A stretch of 63,677 nucleotides of DNA, the filler included, from Pirum gemmata (taxonomy: Eukaryota), in NCBI GenBank assembly GCA_002812295.1. It is 22 parts of 22 records of this genome, joined end to end, with 100 filler letters (N's around TTAATTAATTAA, not from the genome) between each part and the next. Parts side by side here need not be neighbours in the genome. Positions count along the whole stretch, not along the records: positions 50,046 to 52,666 come from PDIN01005236.1; positions 52,767 to 55,428 come from PDIN01005237.1; positions 55,529 to 58,189 come from PDIN01005238.1; positions 58,290 to 60,916 come from PDIN01005239.1; positions 61,017 to 63,677 come from PDIN01005240.1; 17 more parts are not named here. One strand, given 5' to 3'. The notes under the pieces are model-generated. The model searched no databases and was not told the DNA's origin. It was given only the letters and a program-made list of their open reading frames with translations. Of the stretch, positions 52,154-63,677 are shown piece after piece; the stretch's first letter is position 1; each line of letters starts with the position of its first letter. The position numbers were made by a program, and so were the translations under genes.

Positions 52154-52844
52154 TATTAATTAATTAAGTATGTATGTGATAAACTATTAACGATATTACT
52201 AATATTATTGGTTCAGGTTTTCGAATTACAAATTCCCTTTAATTTTGAAAAGTTGTGTGTGTATTTTTTTTTTTATTTTTTTTTTATTTTTTTTTCATAT
52301 TTTGTTATAAATGATTTCAGTTTCAGAATCTGGTTTTGTAAGAGTAATATGTAAATTATTATTAAAGTCATCAAAACAGTCACATAATTGGAATTGTTGG
52401 ATATGATCTTTAAATATATTCAAATTATTACCGTAATTATTATTATTATAATTATCGATATCATACTAAATAAAAAAAAATAGAAATAAAGGTAGCCCAA
52501 TTATATTTAAACAGCCATATTTATCTAATTCTGTAAAATTAAAAAATTCAACTATATATTTCAAGATACCCATTTAAAAATTATTATTGTAATTATTATT
52601 ATTATTATTATCAATACTACTTACTGGATTGTTATCATATTATTATTATTTATTATCATTATTATTNNNNNNNNNNNNNNNNNNNNNNNNNNNNNNNNNN
52701 NNNNNNNNNNTTAATTAATTAANNNNNNNNNNNNNNNNNNNNNNNNNNNNNNNNNNNNNNNNNNNNTTGATTCACCAGTCGAAACACTCAAAATTTATTC
52801 CATCGATTCCCATGATATTTTTCAAGGTTCTTGTTTTGAAGTCC

Positions 52845-52909
<65 letters not shown>

Positions 52910-54596
52910 TTTGTGTGTCATTGTTGGGCTAGCTAGCTAGCTAGCCAGGTAGGATGTTGCGGGTGCTATCACTGGACACTGGTGCTAGTAGACCCCCCGT
53001 AGTAGGAACCTGAAAAGCAGGTACAGTGGTACTCGCCAATAGGGTTGACGTGGAGCATCCAATAAAATTGTTCTTTGTTATTTTTTTTTTTTACTTTTTT
53101 AAAATATGACATATGATTTTTTATATTATTTTTATGTTCTGATATTATTATTACCATTACTATAGTTATTACTATTATTATTTTTCTATCACAAATCTTT
53201 TTTATTAGAAAATATATTACTTAAAATTACATGTAGCTATAGCTACTTAGCTATAAATATTGGTTTGAAAGGAATCGCTGAATGAATGTTGGTAAAATTA
53301 TTCGTTCATAAGGATATTCTTGTAGCTGTTGGTTACGAGATATTCTATAGCTAGGATAGGATATTAAGCTGATACATACATATATATAGACGTTAATATG
53401 AGTATTTACATTCTTAAATAGACTTTCATAGTCTTATTTTTCACTATTATACCCAAGTATTTCTCAATTAAGACTATTATGTTTACTCACGAAACTATGG
53501 TTAAATATTGTATATTTTTGAACAAATGTAAATACTCATATTAACGTCTATATATATTAATATATGTCATTCTCGTTCCAAGAATCATCATTATTATCCC
53601 GTTACACAGTTAGGATTATGAACCTCAACAATATTTTAATTTTAATTTTTGATATTTTTTTAAAAAATGATAACATCATATATCATAATTATATTATATC
53701 GATATCATAATTATCATATTGATATTGATATTGATACATAGTTAGTACATTGTCAGATTAAATATCTGTTTTTATCAAGTTTCCTATAGCTAGCTCTATT
53801 CATAGTAACCTTAAATTTTTATAGACTACATGTTAGACTAACATAAGAGAAAGACAGAAACAAACAATTAAATTGATTTTTTTTATTGATTTTTTTTATA
53901 TTGTTTTTTTTTTTAATCGAGTAGACTATAATCTGTTTTATCAAGAGTTATTTATATTTGGGTTTTATTTTCATTTATTTATTCAAGACATTGCAAGTCA
54001 TGCATAGAAGCCTAGTACAAGGGCTCATGAATAAGTTTTTCTTAATAATATAGAGCTTTAGTATCTTTCACAGTAATATGACATAAGATCAATATAATAT
54101 TATTTGTTTTCAGTTGGGAATATCCTCAACTCCATATTCATTGTTTATCACGTTTGAACTCAAAAATATTGGTACCGTAAGAGTTATGACTATGATGCTT
54201 GTAGCCTAGCTAGCGCAAGATGCACATTATGCATAGAAAAAATGTACGTTCATTATATATTTTATACCTAAGTACCACTATTACCCCCCCCTATATTATA
54301 TTATAATTATCAAGAAAAATACAGTAATAGAAAATGCGTGAAAGTTGTTACAACACGCACACCAGACGCTACATTTTGTAGCAGCAAGTGAGAACCTAGA
54401 ACACGGTGTTCCCCGAGTGCTATGACAATACTCTACCTTATCACTATTCCAACAAAGGAAAGTAAAGGATTTTGAAGGAAAAGAGGAAGAAAGCAAGTAA
54501 AAACCGATAAAGATCGATACGGACACAGACCAGCTAAAATCCGGCTTGGTTAGTTAAAATGTTTCTATAGTATATGCACGTAATACTGAAATATAA

Positions 54597-55044
54597 CTAA
54601 CTATTAATCGTAATTTTCTTTTTCTTATATCCTTTCTTTTTAGCCTTACTACTCGTTTCGAACATGTTATTGGCTAATTTTCTTCTTTTGTTTATGATTT
54701 GTCTTCGCTTAAGAGTTCTTTTGCTTGGCCCTAGCTTTAAATTAGACTTAGATAAATGAAAAATATTTGAGGAGGATGCTTTCTTCGAGGCAACACTGGT
54801 TGTATTTTTACGGACTGAATTTAACTGTCTTCTTTTTCGCAAAACTTCGAGATTTTTCTCCTAAAAAAAAACACACACACAAAATAAAAAAAAAACACAT
54901 CTATATTACTATTCTTTCACAATGATTACATCCCCATTATCAATTGCATTATCATTATATTATTCCTTTCCTTATATTTGCCTTTATCTTGATATACTAT
55001 ATATATTCTTATCTCTATCTTAATTGTTTATAAAATAATATTCC

Positions 55045-55088
<44 letters not shown>

Positions 55089-55399
55089 AATCCACCCTTG
55101 CACTTGCTCGTTCTTTTCATTGCTTTCAGGGTTTGTGACTGAGTGTTGTTCTTTCACTTTCCATCTACTCTCTTTTATTAAAATGTTAAGAAAACCCGAA
55201 AAAATTTTATTTTGCGTCCTGTATGTGATTTTGTTTTTTTGTGTGTGGACAATCTGTAGTTTTGCTCTTCTTGTTTTTAAACATGAGAGTCCTATTCGTG
55301 GTGTAGTGGAAGATGCTAAATTATGTCCAAAGCGTAACTTAAACTCTACCACTTTGATAATCGCTTCCGATGTTAACGTCGATCCGTTTATGGTTTGTC
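54597..55399 (-). CDS. Probable last two exons of an unknown basic (K/R-rich) protein
   Basis: Open unique segments at ~55399-55104 and 54860-54597; strong TTTTTTTTTAG acceptor before 54860; the upstream donor is uncertain. Confidence 0.4.
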
Positions 55400-55534
55400 T
55401 TATCAGTATTATTATTATTATTATTACTNNNNNNNNNNNNNNNNNNNNNNNNNNNNNNNNNNNNNNNNNNNNTTAATTAATTAANNNNNNNNNNNNNNNN
55501 NNNNNNNNNNNNNNNNNNNNNNNNNNNNTCATAC

Positions 55535-56469
55535 CTTCTTTTAATCCCAATTTATTTCGTCTAACTAGTACATCAAAAGATTCATCAGTTTGTTCCATGC
55601 AAAAATCTAAACTTTTTATACTCCGTCCTTTACCTGGATTAAAGCTACCTAAATCATCTTTCTTATTTAACTTTATTCCTTTACTATTTAGTTTATGTAA
55701 ATAAAAACTTAAATTATTTATTTCTGCTATTGTTTTAGACAAGTCTAATGTTGGCATTGTTGTTGGATTTTCTATCCCCTTATTAGAATTATCTTGCATT
55801 TTAACTAAGAAATCTAAAGGTTGCAGTATATATTGGTCTATAGGCAGGCCTCTTTCTTCGACAACATGCTGCAGTATTTGCATTAGAGTGTAATCCTCTG
55901 TTATTTTCATTTGGGATTCACCTGTCATTCATTAACAAAATAAAATGGATATAATAGTTTAATAATAATAAAATAATAATAATACACTAACCCTTACCGT
56001 AACGGTAACGGTAACGGTAGCGGCAACGGCAACAGCAACCGTAACCGTAACCGTAACCGTAACCGTAACCGTAACCGTAACCGTAACCGTAGCCGTAGCC
56101 GTAGCCGTAGCCGTAACCATAATTCAAACCCTAACCCAAACCCTAACTGTAACCGTAACTCTTAACCTAACTCAAGCCCTATTCCTAGCTCTTAACCCTA
56201 ACCAGGATCAAACCAAAAACAGCAGTTATAAACAAGCTGAGCAATAACCACCACCACCACAAAAACCAAAAATAGTAACAAAATAAAATAAAGTAAAATA
56301 AAAAATACACATATAGTAACTATCAATTTCACCACAAAAATCAAAAACAACATAAAATAAAATAAAGTAAAATAAAATAAAACAAAAAATAAATTTGATA
56401 CCATACTTATCCCAATGGGGGCCACAACCTAACCATAAATACCACTAAAACAACCACTACCAGAAAAAC

Positions 56470-56510
<41 letters not shown>

Positions 56511-57532
56511 TAAAACAAAAAATATATTCATTACCGTATTTATCCACAATGGTAATGGTTACTTTTCTAATATTATTAGGTTGGTGTAGTAAAGTCAAAG
56601 CCTCCAAATCACTCATTGTTTTTAAACTACTATGAGCTTGAATGGGGAAGCATTCGTCAGCACTCCCATCGTCTTCGGCACTGAAAAGTCGGTAGTTTTC
56701 TATTTTATCATTTACAGGTAATAGTAATTCATCTTCAATTTCTTCCTCTTCATTGTTAATATTTTCAGCCCCAATAATCAAGTCTTGTGTATTATTACTG
56801 TTATTATGAATAAAATGTAGGATTGGGATTGGGATTAGGGTTGTAGGGTTAAGGTTAAGGTTAAGGTTAAGGTTAAGGTTAAAGATAGGTATAGGGTCAG
56901 GGTTAGGGCAAAGGAAAGGGTTAGGATCAGGGTTAGGGTTAGGGTTAGGGTTAGGGTTAGGGTTAGGGTTAGGATCAGGGTTAGGGTTAGGGTTAGGGTT
57001 AGGTTAGGGTTAAGGTCAGGGTCAGGGTTAGGGGTCCGGGTTAGGGGTCCGGGTTAGGGTCCGGGTTAGGGTCCGGGTTAGTGTTAGTGTTAGGGTTAGG
57101 GTTAGTGTTAGTGTTGTGTTAGTGTTAGTGTTAGTGTTAGGGTTAGGGCTAAGGGTTAGGGTTAGGGTTAGGGTTAGGGCTAAGGGTTAGGGTTAGGGTT
57201 AGGGTTAGGGTAAGTGATAGGGTTAATGTTAGGGTGAATTTTAGGGTGAGGGTTAAGGTTAGGGAAAAAATAACGTTACCTGTCTCCTCTCATCTTTTTC
57301 TCTAGTGTATTTTTTCGGGAAGTGGATGATTGCTCATATTTTAATTTCCATAAAACCATACCTGTGAATTCTTTGATTGTAGCAGTCGTAAATGAGGTAA
57401 CAACCATAGATTTGTACACAACGAATGATACTTTTGTACGAACATAATGTTCTTTCTTATTTGTAGCCAAATAGTCTCCATTTGTACTATTTTGGCTCTC
57501 ATTTGCATTATCAAGATAACCAGTATCATTGA

Positions 57533-57587
<55 letters not shown>

Positions 57588-57824
57588 ATTATTATTATGG
57601 TTATTATTCGTATGGTCATAGGTTGTATTGTTAATGTTGTTTTCAAGGTTCCCCATGAGTCTGGTAATGCTTTCCTTATCATTTTTCATTTTATAAAAAA
57701 AGTTACTATTTTCTAAATCATATTCAGGTGTACGTTGGTGAACAGCTTCGTCTGATTCAGATTTTTTTATTAGGCTCATTGAGGTCTCGTCATGTTTTTC
57801 ACTGTTATTTATCATTATCACCAT
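55535..57824 (-). CDS. SIN1: TORC2 subunit SIN1/Avo1 homolog (CRIM, RBD-like region, probable start of PH); exons 57824-57280, 56797-56535, 55921-55535
   Basis: TATIKEFTGMVLWKL and YRLFSAEDDGSADECFP match the SIN1 CRIM signature (AEDDGEVD.DFP); then TLMQIL...LDLSKTI...FYL. GT-AG junctions keep the frame. Start is uncertain and the 3' end is off the contig. Confidence 0.8.
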
Positions 57825-60057
57825 TATTATTAAATTATTTTATAAATGAATGTTATTATAAGTTAATGATAAACTTTATATATTAACATTGTTATAATTA
57901 AAAGCATTATTCTGTAAATTAATAGTTTTATTGGGTAATAGTTACTTTATCCCTCCAAGGAGGCGAAAGACAGGGTAAGGGTAAAACATAAGGGTAAGGG
58001 TAAAAGATAAGGGCAAGGGTAAAAGATAAGGGTAAGGGTAAAAGGTAAGAATAAAAGGTAAGGATAAGAGTAAGGGTACGGGTAGGGGTAAGGGTAAGGG
58101 TAAGGGTAAGGGTAAAAGGGTAAGGGTAAGGGTAAGGGTAAGGGTAAGGGTAAGGGTAAGGGTAAAGGTAAGGGTAAAGGTAAAGGCAANNNNNNNNNNN
58201 NNNNNNNNNNNNNNNNNNNNNNNNNNNNNNNNNTTAATTAATTAANNNNNNNNNNNNNNNNNNNNNNNNNNNNNNNNNNNNNNNNNNNNAACCCTAACCC
58301 TAACCCTAACCCTAACCCTAATACCAACCCTAATCCTTACCCTAATCCTAATCCTAACCCTAACCCTAACCCTAACTATAACTATAACTATAACTTTAAC
58401 CCTAACCCTAACCCTAACCCTCCAAACCGATATGAAATTTCAAATACATATTATGTTATCAGTGCGTTATTTAATTATAGCCTTTTATTGATTAAAAGAT
58501 CTTGCAATCTACACTACAGTCGTAAGATACCTTTAGTAGTATAGTAGCTACAGTGTAGTTATAGCCATTCTTTAACGGTAACACGGAAGCTTAAGTTAAC
58601 CCACTAACCCTAGCCTTTTCCCTTTTACCTCTACCTTTACTACTCTCTTTACTTTTACCCTTTAAAACCCTATAGCTAACCCTAACCCTAACCCTAACCC
58701 TAACCCTTACCCTTACCCTTACCCTTACCCTTACCCTTATCCTTACCCTTACCCTTACCCTTACCCTTACCTTTACCTTTACCCTTACCCTTACCCTTAC
58801 CCTTACTCTTACCCTTACCCTACCCTAAACCTAAACCTAACCCTTATCCTTATCCTTACCCTACCCTTACCCTTGCCCTTACCCTTAACATTACCCTTAA
58901 CCTTACCCTTGCCCTTGCCCTCACGTGCACCCTTACCCTTACCCTGACCCCAACCAACATGCCATGATGAATTAATCAATAATAATTAATTGTAAAAAAC
59001 AAAATAATTATTGTTTGGTAATCTGGTATGTATTAGATATTTTACTTTTAAAGATATTTTTTATTAACACTTTCAGCCTATAATGAAACTATTATGCCAC
59101 AACATTTTACATTAGGATTGGGATTAGGGTTTTAATAAGGTAGGGTTAGAGTTAAAGTTTGGTTTGGGTTTGGGGTTAAGGTAAGGGTAAGGGTTAGGGT
59201 AAGGGTTTAACAAAATTAAAGGTTAGGGTTATGGCTTTAAGGGTAAGGGTTAGGGCAAGGGTAAGGGAAACTTGGGAAAGGTTAGTAGGTTAAATTAAAT
59301 TTTTAGGGTTAGGGTTAGGGTTAGGGTTAGGGTTAGGGTTAGGGTTAGGGTTAGGGTTAGGGTTAGGGTAATTATTAAGAGTAAGAGTTAAGGTTAGGGT
59401 TAGGGTAGCTGTTAGGGTTTTATTAAAAGGTTATCTAAATGTTAGAATTAGGGTTAGGGTTAGACCGTTAGAGTTCATGTAAAGTGACTTTTCTTTTGGA
59501 AAAATAAAGATGAATATAAAAGTGTAGTTTTATATATTGTGCTTTTCATTTATTTTGTCGTTCCGAATATTTATTTGGCTGCTTATAATATTTAAATTGA
59601 TACTTTTAAATAAATAAATATATAATAAAAGGGTTAGGGTTAGGGTTAGGGTTAGGGTTAGGGTTAGGGTTAGGGTTAGGGTTAGGGTTAGGGTTAGGGT
59701 TAGGGTTAGGGTTAGGGTTNGTTAGGGCCCCTCTAGCTAGTAGGGACTAATAGGGAGTGTTCAAATAATACGCCACGTCAAGGGGTAGGTAGGTAGGTGG
59801 TATTTGACCGGAAATTATCGTCGAGGGATAGGTAGGCAGGGGTATTTGAAGCTGTATTTGACCAGAAATTGTTTTGTCATCATAAAAATATACAATAAAG
59901 AATACCAAATTAATACAATATAAATCTATTTCATTTTATTTGGTATATTTTATTATATAAATATATATTTTTTAAAGTACCAATTTAAATATTATAACCA
60001 ACCAAATAAATATTCGGAGTGGCAAAATAAATGAAAAGCGCTATAGAAATCAACTAC

Positions 60058-60221
60058 TATGGTGCAAATAATCTAAAAACGCCCAACTTTTTTTATTAAC
60101 TGAAAGCCCCACTTTTTTTTAAAAAAAATATTCAAACCTATTAAACTACTTATATTCGAAAATTTAAAATTCTAGTGAACCTCAAAAGTTGGAGGTTTTT
60201 AAATTGTTTGTAAACACCATA
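60058..60221 (+). mobile_element. MITE family D (TIR TATGGTGCAAATAAT..AAAAAC)
   Basis: Imperfect long TIRs; related copies at about 2071-2250 and 46469-46695. Confidence 0.65.
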
Positions 60222-61073
60222 ATTATGATAATATTATATTATAATACTACGTAAAACCAATTTCTGGTCAAATACAGCTTTGAATACCCTTATCTACCTA
60301 CCCCTCGACGTTAATTTCCGGTCAAATACCACCTACTTACCTACCCCTTGACGTGGCGTATTATTTGAACACTCCCTATTAGTCCCTACTAGCTAGAGGG
60401 GCCCTAACCCTAACCCTAACCCTAACCCTAACCCTAACCCTAACCCTAACCCTAACCCTAACCCTAACCCTAACCCTAACCCTAACCCAAAACAAAATGA
60501 AACCCTATCATTTGTTTGAATTCTACCATCACTACTAATAAGACCAATCACCATCACCATCATCAATTTTTAAAAAGTTAGCGAATCCTGGCAATTCATA
60601 TAGAAAAGACGATACACATAGTGGGTTTCCACCACTCACCACTTTTAAAGTTTATTCTTGTTTTTGTCAGAAACTCAAAAAAAATAAAATATATTATCCA
60701 ATCAGAGACTTGTTGTTGTTGTAATTCTGTAATGAATACTAATGATGCCTCGAATGATGTCTAGCTAGCTAGAGCTGGCAGCAAAAATAAAAATAAAAAA
60801 TCGCCAGCAAAATTGCCCAGAGGCAAAATTGCTGCAAAATTGACTCTAGAAAATTGACTGTTGAGCAAAAATTTTAATTAACAAACCCTAACCCTAAACC
60901 TAACCCTAACCCTAACNNNNNNNNNNNNNNNNNNNNNNNNNNNNNNNNNNNNNNNNNNNNTTAATTAATTAANNNNNNNNNNNNNNNNNNNNNNNNNNNN
61001 NNNNNNNNNNNNNNNNTTATTATTATTATTGGGTTTAGGTTTTGGTTTTGGTTTGGTATTAGATTAATATTGG

Positions 61074-62000
61074 GGTGTATAGTATTAATATTAACATACC
61101 ATTATTATTAGAATTATTTTACTATCATACATAAAAAAAATCGAACATATAAAAAATATATATTTGATATCAAACAAATATAAATAGATATGTTCTATTT
61201 TTTTACAAAAAAGCTTGATATTCGATTTATATATCAAACATATAAAAAATATATGTTCGATTTTACTAATATATGTAAGTTTATATTAGTATTAGTGTTA
61301 GCATTAGTATTAATTAGTTTTATTAGTATTAGTGTTAGCATTAGTATTAATTAGTTTTATAAATTAGTGTTAGTATTAGTATTAATAATATAAAATTAGT
61401 ATTAGCTATATATAGATTATAAATTACTATTAGTGTTATTATTATAAAATTAGTAATTAATGTTAGTATTAGTATTATAAAATTAATATTTTAAAGCTAT
61501 ATAATATAAATATATATAATATATTAGTATTAGTATTGGTATTTATAATTTATTTAGCATTATAATTAGTAACTATTAATATTATTATTATTAGCATTGG
61601 TATTAGTATCAGTATTAGTATTGGTGTATAGTATTAATATTAACATATCATTATTATTAGAATTATTATACAATATATATAATATATATATGTAAGTTTA
61701 TATTATTATTAGTGTTAGCATTAGTATAATATTAATTAGTTTTATAAGTTAGTATTAGTATTAACAATATAAAATTAGTATTAGCTATATAGTATTATAT
61801 AGATTATAAATTACTATTAGTGTTATTATTATAAAACTAGTAATTAATGTTAGTATTAGTATTATAAAACTAATATTTTAAAGTTATAATATAATATATT
61901 AGTATTAGTATTAGTATTTATAATTTATTTAGCATTATAATTAGTAACTATTAATAATATTATTATTAGCATTGGTATTAGTATCAGTATTAGTATTTAA
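61074..62000. repeat. Imperfect tandem duplication of an AT-rich unit
   Basis: GGTGTATAGTATTAATATTAACATA begins both copies (61074, 61623) and downstream blocks are collinear. Confidence 0.75.
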
Positions 62001-63677
62001 TAATTGATATTAGTATTTTAATATTATAATATTAATATTACTATTAATACTAGTAATAATATTATTATTATTAATATTAGCATTAGTATTAACATTAGTA
62101 TTAGTATTATAAATTAGTATTAGTATGCTAAACCATTATAATTATGAATTAGGATAGTATTAATATTTGTATTAGTATTAGTATTAGTATTGATATTGGG
62201 GTTAGTATTAGTATTAGTATTAGTATTAGTATTAGTAATAGTATGCGTAATATTAAAATATTAGTATTTTATTTAATAATCAACATTAATTAATATTAAA
62301 ACATTACTAAGTAGTATTTATTAGCATTAGTATTAATATTAATATTAGTATAAATAAGCATACTAATGGATATTATAATATAATAATTAATTTGAATATG
62401 AATTATTCAGTTTATTAAAAAATANAATAGTACTATTATTATTATTATTAATTAATTGATTAAAAAAAAGCATTTTTTTTTTTTTTAAATCCATAAAATG
62501 GATAATGAAAATTCCGATTATCATGAAGATTATGTTACACGGTATCAGGAAGGACGTAAAGCAGAAGATTTGGACAAAGAAGATTCTTTTATGAAATATT
62601 TTTATAACAATGAAAATACCATTTTTTTTTTTTTTTCAAAAAAAAAAAAAAAAGGGATAATGAAAACAAACGAGTAAATAATGAACAGTTGAGAATCCTT
62701 TCGAAAGAATGATGTTCTCTCAGCTGATCTTTAATTCGGTACTGCTTTAAAAGCTGCTTTAAGTGTTTATAAAAAAAAATACAACATTAATTATAATTAT
62801 ATCAAATGAATTAAAACTTACCAGATAGTTTTTCTAAGTACAATTTGGGACGTTTTCTTTGAATGATTACAACAAAAAGTAAAAAAAAAAAAAAATGCAT
62901 TGATTTATAGTCGATAGCTTTTATACATATAAAAAATGCATTATTAATATTTTATCATAGATTTATAGCTTTTATTCTAAGGATTGGTACAGGTGTTAGG
63001 CTTTTATTCTAAGGATTGGTACAGGTGTTATATATATAGTAATAATACATTCTATAACGACGCTTTAATTTTATCTCAACTAAATGTTTTTAAAAAAAAT
63101 AATATAAATTTGTCGCATGGAAAATTCAATCACCTGCTAAAAATAAAATAGATGTTTAGTTTTAAGTTATCCAGAATGTTATGCAAGTCAAAGTTATTCA
63201 TATCCATATTAAATAATGTAGACCCAGGTGTCTTAACTATCGATACAATTACACGATTTTTTCAATTATCTCTTCAAGTATTAATAGAAAAAAAAAATAT
63301 TATTATATAATATATATTATATATGTGTTTATATAATATGTATATTATATTACAATAGATTTAAATTTGTCGATTGTCCTTTCAAAACAATTTTTTTTAC
63401 CACACTAGTATTAATTAAATTTTATTATATCCGATAAATGCCTATATAATATAATCTTGCCACTATATAATTATGCTTCACATTGGCGGTGACCTGGCAT
63501 GGGTTCATATACTTACATAATTATTATATTCTACCTTTTTTTAATTTTTTTTTTTTTAATATAATATTAATAACAATAAATAATAATGCAAAATTGCAAA
63601 ATTCACCATAATTATAATGGGATGTATTTTTTTAATTTATTTTGAAACAAATGTTCTGTTTTTTTTTTTTTTTTTTT

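Overview
AT-rich, intron-containing eukaryotic DNA with TTAGGG telomeric repeats and stop usage consistent with the standard code. It is probably from a protist; an opisthokont or holozoan-like organism is plausible but is only an inference. The window is not one locus. It is about 22 unrelated contigs, mostly ~2.7 kb, joined by 21 artificial 100-nt spacers (44 N + TTAATTAATTAA + 44 N), so adjacency across spacers means nothing. Most listed ORFs are translations of microsatellites. Supported genes or fragments: a PABP C-terminal exon, a two-exon calcineurin-like metallophosphoesterase with a tandem unknown C-terminal domain, Cys-rich defensin-like terminal exons in a tandem cassette array, an S1 serine protease last exon, a 4-TM protein, a ricin-B-like exon, a Q-rich protein, two neighbouring probably secreted repeat proteins sharing a Cys module, a spondin/TSP1-like repeat protein, a frameshifted RNI-like LRR gene and SIN1 (TORC2). 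Non-coding DNA is dominated by several MITE-like families, microsatellite-filled introns and interstitial telomeric repeats. The most unusual items are the polar exon/3'UTR cassette array (18.4-20.8 kb), the bacterial-type phosphatase fusion, telomere-repeat insertions (one with an 11-bp flanking duplication, one bracketing an inverted repeat) and a 109-nt structured-RNA candidate.
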